Assembly: GCA_000165345.1 (NCBI GenBank)
Contig: CM000434.1
Coordinates: 608,001-672,000, forward strand
Direction of reading: 5' to 3'
DNA length: 64,000 nucleotides
Part shown: positions 19,932 to 29,959 of the stretch, piece by piece
Numbering within the stretch: position 1 is the stretch's first letter
How the letters are laid out: each line of letters begins with the position of its first letter
Made by a program: the position numbers and the translations under genes
The notes under the pieces: generated by a model
Databases searched by the model: none
What the model saw: the letters and a program-made list of their open reading frames with translations, nothing else
Told to the model about the DNA's origin: nothing

Positions 19932-20909
19932 TTAGAGTTCGTCAGAAGCAGAGCTAATCTCGTTATCAGGTTTTTTATTTTCATTTTTAATTATTTTTCC
20001 AAGCTTGAGCTTGAAAATGATGACCTCGTTAGGGCCAATAAGTTCTCCTGCGCCCTGTTCGCCGTAGGCTAGGTCATAAGGAGCGAAAAGAATGACTTCT
20101 TGTCCTTCAGTCATCATAGTTAGGGCTTCTATCCAAGCAGGGATTAACTGCGAGATTTGGAGCTTTGAGGGCTCTTCCCCCCTATTATATGATGAATCAA
20201 ATTCAATACCTCCAAGAGTTTTCCCTCTATAAAACACTTCAACCTCATCTTCTGGCTTAGGTTTCTCTTGTCCAGTACCTTCTTTGACCACGATGTATTG
20301 TAGTCCTGAACTAGTAGTAATAACGCCTTTTCTATCCTTATTCTTAGCGATAAATTCGTCTGATCTCTTTTTTAACAGACTTTTTTTGGATTCCCTGTTT
20401 TCTGGATATTCTTGCTCCGTCCATAATTCCGACTTGTCCTTGCATGACTTGGTCCCCAAACAAATTCTGGAAATTTCTTGATCAAAGCTCAATTTACTTG
20501 TTGAGATTAATTCTAGCTCAGGCTCCCAGGTACTTAGATTTGATCTGCATGCGCTAATGAAATCCTCTATAGTAAACTCGAGAGAGTTATCAGCTAAAGG
20601 TTGCCAAATATGGTTGGAGCATGCAACATGACTTTCCAAGAAATTTGAAACCACTATATCTGTAAAGCCCTTAGGAGGTTGCGAGCTTTTATAAATGCTT
20701 AGCTTCTTGGAAATATATTCCTTTAAGGCGAAGGTGATTAGCTGGCAAGACTCGCACATTAAAGTTCTTTGAACCTGCGGGACGGTGCCAGGGATAAAGT
20801 CAGTCAGTCGCTTTACTTCGAACTCATCGCCAGTCCACTCGAGTCTAGAACATAGTGAGATCGTGCTAACAAAGGAGAGGAACAAAATAACTTTTAGAAA
20901 CAATTTCAT
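19932..20909 (-). CDS. Secretory-pathway FKBP-type peptidyl-prolyl cis-trans isomerase with an N-terminal signal peptide, a Cys-containing N-domain of unknown function and a C-terminal SDEL ER-retention motif
   Basis: ATG is the revcomp of cat at 20907-20909. The signal peptide is MKLFLKVILFLSFVSTISLC. The FKBP domain is GVITTSSGLQYIVVKEGTGQEKPKPEDEVEVFYRGKTLGGIEFDSSY...IPAWIEALTMMTEGQEVILFAPYDLAYGEQGAG...IIFKLKL. The protein ends ...SSASDEL*. Confidence 0.85.
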   Translation of the reverse strand: MKLFLKVILFLSFVSTISLCSRLEWTGDEFEVKRLTDFIPGTVPQVQRTLMCESCQLITFALKEYISKKLSIYKSSQPPKGFTDIVVSNFLESHVACSNHIWQPLADNSLEFTIEDFISACRSNLSTWEPELELISTSKLSFDQEISRICLGTKSCKDKSELWTEQEYPENRESKKSLLKKRSDEFIAKNKDRKGVITTSSGLQYIVVKEGTGQEKPKPEDEVEVFYRGKTLGGIEFDSSYNRGEEPSKLQISQLIPAWIEALTMMTEGQEVILFAPYDLAYGEQGAGELIGPNEVIIFKLKLGKIIKNENKKPDNEISSASDEL

Positions 20910-21180
20910 TTTTTTTTCAAATTACCAAACTAATTAATTATCTAGTGTGGCGGGCTACTCATAGCTTCTTTTTCCCCCCCCTAAAAAAATGGGGAAACCT
21001 TTTCGCGAGAAAAGTCCTAAATTAAGGAAAAGTAAGTTAAAATATAGAACAATTAGACTCAATTAATGGAGATTAATGTTTTAATTAATTTGTTTCAAGT
21101 AATCCGTATATATATACATATATATATTTTTAAATTATAAACACAATTTTTTATTATTAGTGTAACCAGAGAATTTTTTT

Positions 21181-21343
21181 TTTGCATGCGCTGAAAAGCA
21201 AATAAAAAGTAGCACTGCCAACACTTCACACAAATCCAAAATTAAATATTGGAAAATAAAATTAAGAAAAAAATTCAATTTGTTTAATTTTTTATATTGT
21301 TTGTCAATAAATTTGCAAATTTGTGTAATTGCATGCGCCAATG
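21181..21343. promoter_or_regulatory. Bidirectional promoter region carrying two TGCATGCGC (G-box/ApiAP2-like) elements, between the divergent FKBP (minus) and nucleotidyltransferase (plus) genes
   Basis: tttgcatgcgc at 21181-21191 and ttgcatgcgccaatg at 21329-21343, both read directly. The second one also contains CCAAT. The divergent ATGs are at 20909 and 21650. Confidence 0.45.
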
Positions 21344-21649
21344 ATAATACTGTAAATTCAAAGTTTAGCTAACTATTTTATTTACATAAGAATAAAGCAT
21401 TTAAGGAGATTGTGTGATAGAGGCAGTAAATAAAGTTAAAGGCCCAGTTAGATTTCCAAGGGAACAAAATAAGTTTTATAATACATTTTTTTAAAAATAC
21501 ATTCTACAAGTTGAGTATTTATGCTCGCTTTGAAATACATGCTCGCTTGAAAGAGGACACGCCCACCAAACTCTGAGCGCAGAATTTAATTTTTTGGGAA
21601 ATTCTCATATAATGCTAAGTTGGTAAATTTGAGGGGAAAATAGCAAATT

Positions 21650-24223
21650 ATGAAAACAGCTTCAGCTTCTTCTTCAGGAAGAAGGGTGGAGTACGAAGCA
21701 AAGGAAGTTAACGCGTCAGGTAATTCAAAGAAAGGTGAGCAAGTGGGATATAATAATGGAATTCAAGAGACAAAGTTCTCTAATAAGAAATCTAGTAATA
21801 ATTTGCCAAATAGGAAATTAAAGCTCGACCATTGCGTTTTAAACGGGCCAGAAAATCATTCGTCGATTGAAATTTGTAAAGATATCCATGAATCGAATTC
21901 AAATTGTAGCATTAATTCAGAATCTGCTCCAAAGAGTAACCCAAAGAGGGTGTTTGAAATGATTGACCGAACATTAAATACTCTATTAGAAAAAATAGTT
22001 CCAAGCGCAAAGAAGAAAAAGGAGAAGATGATAATTTTACAATGTGTAGAGCTTTTGGTGAGAGAAACATTTGGCGATTCAGCAAAGCTGTTCCTCACAG
22101 GATCAGCAGCAGCAGAAGTTGACTCAGAAATGAGTGATGTTGATTTAGTCGTATTCACTCCATTAGATTCAAGGCTTGCTTTAACGAAAATAGCAAGTCA
22201 ATTCAAAAGTATTAAGAAGAAGCATAAGGAGGATTGTTTGAGGTGTAGAAAGCACAGTGGACACCAGAAATTCAAAGCTGATACTGACCTCAGCTCAGAA
22301 TGTATAGAAGGACATTTATGCGAAATGGAAGTTAATGTGATTGCAACAGCAAAAGTTCCAGTAATGATGATAAAAAGTAGATATTCAAAGTTTAAGACAG
22401 AATGCGACGTATCTGTAAATATGTATACTTCTTTAATGCATTCCATACTATTTCAGTGTGTGCTTTATTCGTATCCAGAGCTCCAGCCAGTTTTAAGGTT
22501 GTTAAAGTATTGGCTACATATTAGGAGACTCCCAGTTGCTAAAGATGGCGGCCTTCCATGTATAGTTTGGCTTCTTCTTGCAATTGTTCACTGCAGTGTT
22601 AACGGAAATAAGTCTTCAAGGTCCCAAAGAGAGCATCTGGAAAGTATATGTATTCCAGCTAAACATATACTTTTGAGCTTACAAGTTCACTCTTCTGGAA
22701 CTAGTTTTCAAAGTACAGAATTTGGATCTCCTTTAAACTCATTCCAGAATGGATCAATCAGTACTTGTGAGTACCATGATTGTGACTCTAGAACATTTGA
22801 TACTGAACTGGGCAATCCTTCGAGCATTCCAAATTTCAAAATGGATATTCTAACTCACAATCGACAAATTGAAAGAAACAGGTATTTAAGTCATTCTAAT
22901 TCGAACAATATTAACTCAAAAGTTCCAGATACTATTGATTTTGGTGAAACTGGAACTACATTTATGGCTCTTGTTTCATTCTTCACCTCACTTTGGAACC
23001 GAAGCTCTCTCACCTGCAGTGTTTCAGTTATTAATAAGAATGTTCAACCTAAAGATGTTAAAACTGTTTCACAAATTATATTCAACAATGGTGGAATATG
23101 GGATGAAATATTAACTCTTGACGATCCCTCTGCTTCGTTAGTAAGACAACTTGAGCTATTAAAGTGCGAGCTAGATGATTTTGGCTTCAAGAACAACTTG
23201 CTTGCGCAAATATTCGATCCAGAAGATCCTAATAAACTCGAAAAAGAACATTTCTATTTTGAATCAAAGGAGGCTGAGAAAAGACACGAGTTGGAAATTA
23301 GTCTAGCCAGCATCCTACCACCAAGTGATTGCTTGATGGTTTCTAACCTTGCTGCAAGAATTACTTGTGGTACCTGGTTAGTCTATTTGTACGAGCTTAA
23401 AAGATGCCACAATATTTTGGAAACTTACTTACAACAAATCGCAATTTCTACGAATGAAGTCAGCGAACAAGAGTTAGTTAATGAACTTTTTCATCCAGTA
23501 AACGATGAGATATACCGAATTCCAGCAAAATTGTCAACAAAAACTCCCGTATGCATGTATCCGTGTATGGATTTAGACCTCATTATTGAAAACAATATCA
23601 TCGCTTTGGTCCAAGTTCCATATTTTGAGCAAAACCACAAATTCTGTTTGGTACTCATATATGGCCACTTAGTTATTATGAGAATTGAAAATATCTGTGT
23701 AGATTGGGAGGGAGGATGGTGGAGCAAAGAGTTCCTCAGTAGAAGAGATGTAAGGTCAGTGCTTCATGGGTCTCTCTTCTCTCCTATCCCCCTTTCATTC
23801 AGTCATCTAGGAAATGGGGGGTCAGCCTGCTGCATCCTGCAGCCATTAGATTCTAGAACTATTAATTGTTTACCAAAAAATGACCAAAGTGACTTCAATT
23901 CAAAGGACATAGTAATTGACGAAATTATGGTTAACCCTGCCGTATTCATCACTCTTCTAAATGATGTTGAATGGTATTCAGTTGATGATATGAATGGGTT
24001 CTACATTATGCCCGTTAAAGAATATTACAGATTCCTCGATATGGAGTCCATTGCAAAGGAATCCCCATATTGGCATGAGAATTACTTTGGAAAAAATAAT
24101 TATTTGCAGCCACATGTTCCAAGTTGTAGATATTGTAAAAAAACTTCAAATTCTACTGGTATGGAAAAGATCCTCCAGTACAAAAACCAATTTTGGGCAA
24201 TTAAGAGAAAGAGTATCTCGTAA
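21650..24223 (+). CDS. Pol-beta-superfamily nucleotidyltransferase of the Cid1/GLD-2/TENT type (non-canonical poly(A) polymerase or terminal uridylyltransferase-like)
   Basis: ATG at 21650. The NTase motif is LTGSAAAEVDSEMSDVDLVVF (G-S...D-x-D). A downstream PAP-associated-like helix, LRLLKYWLHIRRLPVAKDGGLPCIVWLLLAIVH, follows. There are long unrelated N- and C-terminal extensions. Confidence 0.65.
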   Translation: MKTASASSSGRRVEYEAKEVNASGNSKKGEQVGYNNGIQETKFSNKKSSNNLPNRKLKLDHCVLNGPENHSSIEICKDIHESNSNCSINSESAPKSNPKRVFEMIDRTLNTLLEKIVPSAKKKKEKMIILQCVELLVRETFGDSAKLFLTGSAAAEVDSEMSDVDLVVFTPLDSRLALTKIASQFKSIKKKHKEDCLRCRKHSGHQKFKADTDLSSECIEGHLCEMEVNVIATAKVPVMMIKSRYSKFKTECDVSVNMYTSLMHSILFQCVLYSYPELQPVLRLLKYWLHIRRLPVAKDGGLPCIVWLLLAIVHCSVNGNKSSRSQREHLESICIPAKHILLSLQVHSSGTSFQSTEFGSPLNSFQNGSISTCEYHDCDSRTFDTELGNPSSIPNFKMDILTHNRQIERNRYLSHSNSNNINSKVPDTIDFGETGTTFMALVSFFTSLWNRSSLTCSVSVINKNVQPKDVKTVSQIIFNNGGIWDEILTLDDPSASLVRQLELLKCELDDFGFKNNLLAQIFDPEDPNKLEKEHFYFESKEAEKRHELEISLASILPPSDCLMVSNLAARITCGTWLVYLYELKRCHNILETYLQQIAISTNEVSEQELVNELFHPVNDEIYRIPAKLSTKTPVCMYPCMDLDLIIENNIIALVQVPYFEQNHKFCLVLIYGHLVIMRIENICVDWEGGWWSKEFLSRRDVRSVLHGSLFSPIPLSFSHLGNGGSACCILQPLDSRTINCLPKNDQSDFNSKDIVIDEIMVNPAVFITLLNDVEWYSVDDMNGFYIMPVKEYYRFLDMESIAKESPYWHENYFGKNNYLQPHVPSCRYCKKTSNSTGMEKILQYKNQFWAIKRKSIS

Positions 24224-24654
24224 TGATACATAACCTGATAAAATGTTTGTAAATTCAATTTTTGTTTTTATATTTAAAGTAAAACATGTTTCCAATGGGA
24301 GCAGGGAGTGATGCATAGCTTAAGATAAATAAAAGCCATATTTCATTTAAAACAGTCCATTCAGGCTATGATAAATTAAGTTCTCCGAAATTCCAAAATG
24401 ATAATTTCCGATAAAACAACAAACTATTCAATTAAGAACAATTTACTCCTAAAGCGAGATCACTCAAATGAAGAAATTCAAGATTATATCATATAGTCTA
24501 ATAGAATGTAAAATATAGTTTAGAGTTGCTCCTAATTTAAACTTTACGTTAATAAACAACTTTTGAACCTTAAACCATGTTTCAATAGGATGCTTGCAAT
24601 TCATTGAGCATCTTTTATAATAGAAAATGAGCAAAGTACGGCAGACTTAATTAT

Positions 24655-26205
24655 TTACCTATATGTTCTTGGTAGTGGGGTCTTTAGATCGTCATCTGTT
24701 AAATGGTGGTTACTGTCAATTTCCTTAAATTCTGGTTTTACTGTATGACGATAATAATCTAATTCTTTCAAATTAAAGTCCGTTTCTTCAAGGCCAGTAA
24801 ATTGACGAAGTTGTTTCCTTGCAACTGTTGCTTGGAACTTCCAGTTATTAGGAATACTAGTATTTGACTCATTAATCTTTCTAATAGAGCTCATTCCTGA
24901 AATAGTTGATTTACAGTTCAATATCGGAGAATTCTCCTCCGAATTCTTAAAATTTTCTTTAGAACCCTCTAGCGTACCGAATGATTGTCTTCCCAAGTGT
25001 GCTAAACTATTCATTGATAGGAAACCGCGCAACTTGGGAAGTTTTTGAGGTTGCATGCGTGCATGCAGTTCTGGTTTTTGGTCAGTATGCTGGCTTTGCG
25101 CTTCTCTGGGTTCAGAGTCCTGCTTTTTTAATTGCTCAAAAAATGCAAGAGAAGAATTATCATGGTTTTCCTGCGTTCGGTTATTATTCAATATATTAGA
25201 TTTTGAAATAGAGGAAGTTGTATCTGATTTAGACCAATTTGAATTACCTTCTTTCTTTTCAGAAAGAAGCATAGAGTCTAGGACGCCTCTGAGTTGGGCC
25301 TTTTTACTTTCTGAACGCATTTGTGTTGCAAATTTTGGAGTCTTAGGAACAGTAGTATTTCTCCTTGGAATACCGTATTTACTTCCAACTACTTCTTTAG
25401 TTACATTCATTTCTGTAGTGATTGTATCTAAAGATGGGTCGCTATTACTCAAATTAAATTTCTTTATAGATTCCAAGATAGTTTTAATACGCCTATCTTC
25501 ACTAAACTCCTTATTTTTTGTTGAAACTTCCTCATTAAATTTATCTTTCAAACTTCCTAATTTCTCATATAGTTCTTTGGATTTGCTTGCTGCTCTAGCA
25601 TCCGTTGCGAAGCTAAAAGGCTTGGGAACTGTTGTAGCCTTCGAAAAAGTGCTTACCCTTGATTCTGCACCAATAGATGACGTGGATCTGGCTGACATTG
25701 GAGCAGCGGGAATTCTTCCATTGTAAAGCTGATGTAAATTCAGACCTAGTTCAGCTTTGTAAATATTGGAACCCGAAGATGAAGATCTATTATGTTTTAG
25801 CCTTTGCTCTGCTCTTTCAGAAGTTGCAAATTCAAACCCCTTTGGTGTTGTGACATTTGTTCGAGAAGCCCTGCTTGAGTTGGAGAAGCTTCTAGGTTGC
25901 TTTTCTAAGCCAATCTCTTGATTCACGTCTGGTTTTGTATTATTTTTGCCCAAATGTGATAGAGTGGAGCTTCTGTTAATTCTTATTGAAGTTCTTAATG
26001 ATCTACAAGAAGGAAGCTGAACTGAAAGCCTTTTTTGTACTTCTGATTGCTGCCCATTTACTGATCTTGTACTTGTTAATCCTTTGCTGATACTTGAGTT
26101 ATTTATCTCACTCTTTGGAGTCAAGCCAGTAGATATGCAGCTTAAAGATAAAGAATCCAGCCTTAAATGGCTTGGAATCGCCAGCTTCTTCGTGCGTTCG
26201 CTCAT
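24655..26205 (-). CDS. Ser-rich low-complexity protein carrying three TPX2-type motifs (TVPKPFSFATDARA-like); putative microtubule-associated protein
   Basis: ATG is the revcomp of cat at 26203-26205. The three copies are TPKGFEFATSERAEQR (aa ~120-135), TVPKPFSFATDARAASK (aa ~192-208) and TVPKTPKFATQMRSESK (aa ~285-300). They match the TPX2/WVD2 signature (T)VP.PF.F.T(D/E).RA and map to about 25315-25850. Confidence 0.5.
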   Translation of the reverse strand: MSERTKKLAIPSHLRLDSLSLSCISTGLTPKSEINNSSISKGLTSTRSVNGQQSEVQKRLSVQLPSCRSLRTSIRINRSSTLSHLGKNNTKPDVNQEIGLEKQPRSFSNSSRASRTNVTTPKGFEFATSERAEQRLKHNRSSSSGSNIYKAELGLNLHQLYNGRIPAAPMSARSTSSIGAESRVSTFSKATTVPKPFSFATDARAASKSKELYEKLGSLKDKFNEEVSTKNKEFSEDRRIKTILESIKKFNLSNSDPSLDTITTEMNVTKEVVGSKYGIPRRNTTVPKTPKFATQMRSESKKAQLRGVLDSMLLSEKKEGNSNWSKSDTTSSISKSNILNNNRTQENHDNSSLAFFEQLKKQDSEPREAQSQHTDQKPELHARMQPQKLPKLRGFLSMNSLAHLGRQSFGTLEGSKENFKNSEENSPILNCKSTISGMSSIRKINESNTSIPNNWKFQATVARKQLRQFTGLEETDFNLKELDYYRHTVKPEFKEIDSNHHLTDDDLKTPLPRTYR

Positions 26206-26805
26206 ATATTCATTATATTACCAGATTCACCCATTAAATAAGGTTCAAATATTTCTTGTTATCTTTTTTCTGCTTTATGAAGATCTTCGATCGATCCTTA
26301 TTAAACATGCAAAACCCTTCCTAACATGAAATCAAGTGGGGTCATTGTGCCGCTCAATAATCCCACCCCACAAAAAATTTAGTGCCAGACCTTTGCTATT
26401 TCAAGGAAATGAAAATTTTAAGTTAAGCAGGTAGAGTATACTGCTAAACCCGCTAATTTTTTAAAGTCATTTAACAATAGCTGGAAGCTCAGTTTCCTAA
26501 CCTGAACTTTCTAAGTTAGCTTGAAATCTTCCTAATATCTACCCTCTATGACCCTAATTCGTTAAAGAAATTGATTCTAATATTACTCGAATGAGAATTT
26601 TGAAAACGAGATACTTATAATCTGATCTAAATCTTCTAATTAAAAGATAAAAAATAAGTTTCAATACTTTGTCTAATTTAATTATTTGTTTGTTGTGAAA
26701 AAAATCTAACTTTCAGGAAAGTAGATATATAAAAATAACGGAAATTTTATGTTAGCTTCTGCCAATTCCGAAGAGCAGACGGAAATGACTGTTCTGGATG
26801 AACGT

Positions 26806-28071
26806 TTATCGGATGTTTGGAACAACTGCATATCCAAAGACTTGTCTTCCTGGAGGTGGCTGCATAGGTGGTTGGTTTTGAGGAATAATTGGAGCTCTGC
26901 TATTATATGGCGGATTTTGAGGGGCATTCGGTGTGCCAGGAGGTGGGATGAGTGGCATATTTCCATGATTCCTGTTTGCACCGGTAGCTCCGCAGAAGCA
27001 AAAACCTCCAATAATGCAACTAATTATAAGGATAATAACAATGACTGAGATAGTCAATGGGCCGATGAATGAATTCTTATTATCTGATCCATTGTAGTTT
27101 TTATTCATGTACTCAAAATCGCCATTATCTCTAGTTTGAGGGGGCATTTGAGGAGCTTGAGGTGGAACCTGAGGTGGAACTTGAGGTGGGCCTTGAGTAG
27201 GGAATCTAGGAATCTGAGGTGGTGTAACATAACCAGGATGCCCAGGCATTTGTGGTACTTGCATTGGAGCATATAATGGCGCAATACTTGGCTGTGCAAT
27301 AATAACAGGTTGGATGTGCCTATTAACAACTTCAACTCGTTTAAGTTTATTAGCCTTGCTATCTTTGTTTTTTCTAACTTTTTTCTGATGATGACTAACA
27401 ACCTTATACTCCTCTCTTTCTCCGCTTTTATTAATAATATAATATCTCTTCCCAATCTCGCTTCTCCTAGCATTTCTATCTTTAGTGCATTTAACTCTAT
27501 TCTTTTTCGACTCGTTGATAATTATAACTCTGCAATCTCCAGTCTTACTTGAATGGTTATGCTTAGAGCAAGAACATGATTCCGAAGTCTTTGAATTTTT
27601 ATCGCTTGATGCCCTTGTATCAGCATTATTCACAAATAAAGTGTTTTCACTCAATTTCAATGTTTCTGTATCCAAAGAAGCTGATACCTTTTGCTCTGAA
27701 TCAATTTTAGTAGCTGGCTCCTCAATTGTTGTATTCCTGGGAATATCGCTAGAGTATATAACACTACTTGATGGAACAAAGCCTAATACGTCTTCATTCC
27801 CTGTTGGAGAATCAGTATATGGATCCTTAATACTATCAGAATCAACTTTACTTTTGGCAGTCTCTTCAATGGGAGAAGGATATTCCGCGTTCATCATGCT
27901 AATTAGTGTACTAATACTAATTCCTGCTTGTTTTGCTTCATCTTCAAGCTCACTAAGGGTAATATTATGTTTTTTACAAAATTGTAAAATTTCTTCTCCG
28001 CTACAGAATAAAAAAATACTTTGAAATAGCCCCAAAAAAATAAACGGCAGTAAAGCCCTCAACGATACCAT
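26806..28071 (-). CDS. Type I membrane protein: signal peptide, extracellular Ser/Thr-rich domain, one TM helix and a proline-rich cytoplasmic tail with PPQ repeats and PPxY-like motifs
   Basis: ATG is the revcomp of cat at 28069-28071. The signal peptide is MVSLRALLPFIFLGLFQSIFLFCSG. Proline repeats read PPQIPRFPTQGPPQVPPQVPPQAPQMPPQ. The TM helix is IGPLTISVIVIILIISCIIGGFCFC. The tail reads PPPGTPNAPQNPPYNSRAPIIPQNQPPMQPPPG. Confidence 0.6.
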   Translation of the reverse strand: MVSLRALLPFIFLGLFQSIFLFCSGEEILQFCKKHNITLSELEDEAKQAGISISTLISMMNAEYPSPIEETAKSKVDSDSIKDPYTDSPTGNEDVLGFVPSSSVIYSSDIPRNTTIEEPATKIDSEQKVSASLDTETLKLSENTLFVNNADTRASSDKNSKTSESCSCSKHNHSSKTGDCRVIIINESKKNRVKCTKDRNARRSEIGKRYYIINKSGEREEYKVVSHHQKKVRKNKDSKANKLKRVEVVNRHIQPVIIAQPSIAPLYAPMQVPQMPGHPGYVTPPQIPRFPTQGPPQVPPQVPPQAPQMPPQTRDNGDFEYMNKNYNGSDNKNSFIGPLTISVIVIILIISCIIGGFCFCGATGANRNHGNMPLIPPPGTPNAPQNPPYNSRAPIIPQNQPPMQPPPGRQVFGYAVVPNIR

Positions 28072-28198
28072 CGTTCAAACTGTTATACACTTATTTCGAA
28101 CGAAAATAGCTCAAATTTGTCGAAATTTTATTACAAAGTCGAATTTTATAGATACCTCTTAGATTTAACCTTTTATCCAGGTAAAATTCGACTAATAC

Positions 28199-28234
28199 AT
28201 ATGGCGCCATTATAGCAAATGTGGCGCCGCCAAT
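28199..28234. promoter_or_regulatory. Tandem E2F-like GGCGCC boxes (tggcgccat ... tggcgccgccaat) in the divergent promoter between two membrane-protein genes
   Basis: 28201-28233 atggcgccattatagcaaatgtggcgccgccaattaatgg, read directly. It sits about 130 bp upstream of the minus-strand ATG at 28071. Confidence 0.5.
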
Positions 28235-28839
28235 TAATGGATTATTTTCTTTCTATTTCATGATTTTGTAGCTTTTGCTATACAATGCTTAAGTACTATT
28301 CATGTTGGTCTAGCTAAGTTAGCTTTGTAGTTAATACCACTCAGAGATTTCTTTCATCATTTGCTTTAAAGACTCTGGTGTGGTTTATTATTAATTACTT
28401 TATGAGTATATAATGTAATTTTGGGCGATTGCACGCCTCAAATAATGTATGATCAAATAAACTGAAATCCTGAAAGCTATGAGTTATCTTCCCTACAAAA
28501 CTTCTAAACTTTACTGGAACTATTGCTTTAGAGCTTCAAAACATGGGGGCTCACCAAACTACTAAAGCTTTTTAAATTCACATAATTTATTTCATAAGAT
28601 TGGTATTTCTTTCTTAAACAATGGAATATATAACTAAAATAACCTTTAAGTGAGTATGTGAACGATTTTTTCTTTACGAGTTTTTTTCTGGTGTGAATGT
28701 AGAATTAAATTTGTATCTACACACAAAAGTCATTTAATTCTATGTATATTTAAGAGGCAGCTTGAGTTAAAATTGGAATAACCAAAATCCAAAATTTGTA
28801 AATTTTAATTGGAATGAGTAAATCATATAGAGCTGTGAA

Positions 28840-29613
28840 ATGAGATTAGAAGTACTATTTGCATTAATTCTTCTGATCTTTAATATTAATTATTCGCAAG
28901 GTTTAGGATTGAGAAGAAACTATAATAGCTATTCCGAAAGTGCATACACTGATATTAAAAGCAGTGAAGCAAAAGACTCTGATTCTGATTACTCCGATGT
29001 TAAAGATTCATCTGAGATCCTAAACAAATCCATTCCTTTAAACAAATCTGAAAAGTCTAACTATACATCTCAAGTAGAATCAGAAGATGAAGACGATGAG
29101 CCAGAGGCATTATCAAATAAAGTCAAAAGTGACAAACATTTTAGTGAAAAGGATGATGGTGAGGACGATTACAATTCCAATATTGAAAGCTCTGAAATTG
29201 AAAGCTCTCGGAATCACTCCCAGAGCAAAAAGATCAGCAAAGAAGAAGTGAATATGCCTCAGGTACAGTATATGGCTAGGCAACAAAGATTCAACCTTGC
29301 AAGTACTGTTAATCCTCCATCCGACGTTTCGAACATAAACTATGTATTCCTTTCTCCAGCAGCTCAAAGACGAATTGATAGAAAAATTTCAAAACTGCAA
29401 AAAGGAGGAAGATATCAAGGGTCAATGAGAGAAACTAAAGCTATTGGAGAGTGGCAGAAACGTTATTATAGCAGACCTGAAACAGAATATAGCGAAGCCA
29501 TGAGTTCAAATCAAGGAAACAACTCAATTTTCATGTGGGTAATCCTGGGGTTTATAGTCCTTCTATTAACGTTGATTTGTATATGTGGAATGCGCTTTAT
29601 AACTAAAGAATGA
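28840..29613 (+). CDS. Acidic Ser-rich type I membrane protein (signal peptide plus C-terminal TM); mucin-like secreted or surface protein candidate
   Basis: ATG at 28840. The signal peptide is MRLEVLFALILLIFNINYSQG. The middle of the protein is acidic and Ser/Asp/Glu-rich. The C-terminal TM is IFMWVILGFIVLLLTLICICGM, followed by a short tail RFITKE. Confidence 0.55.
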   Translation: MRLEVLFALILLIFNINYSQGLGLRRNYNSYSESAYTDIKSSEAKDSDSDYSDVKDSSEILNKSIPLNKSEKSNYTSQVESEDEDDEPEALSNKVKSDKHFSEKDDGEDDYNSNIESSEIESSRNHSQSKKISKEEVNMPQVQYMARQQRFNLASTVNPPSDVSNINYVFLSPAAQRRIDRKISKLQKGGRYQGSMRETKAIGEWQKRYYSRPETEYSEAMSSNQGNNSIFMWVILGFIVLLLTLICICGMRFITKE

Positions 29614-29959
29614 TATTCTGGAACCTCAGAATGAAAATCATAGCATACAGTAACAAAAACATAGGTGCACAACTATTGATTAAGCAATAGTTACAATTAG
29701 AAAGGTTTAACTCCAATCAAATTATCAAGTAGTTCGGGATTTGAGGTTTTAGTTTAATTAAATATTAAATTTGAGAATTCTTCGAAAATTTAAACCAGCC
29801 ATGCTGAATACTTGTCAATTTTTTGCAAAAAAAAGATCTTAGTGCATCTGCGTCTCAAATTCCAGGCTTAAATTTGGCGGCATGCCTTGGGCCCCCTCAC
29901 CTTAGAGAATTAAATAGGTTCTTTGTGAAAAAGTTTTGTTACTAGGCCTTAAGAATAAT

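Noticed and set aside
21135-21341. 68-aa minus-strand ORF in the FKBP / nucleotidyltransferase divergent promoter
   Set aside because: Its composition is extremely AT- and Lys/Phe-rich, it overlaps the TGCATGCGC promoter elements, and it has no homology. It is more likely non-coding promoter DNA.
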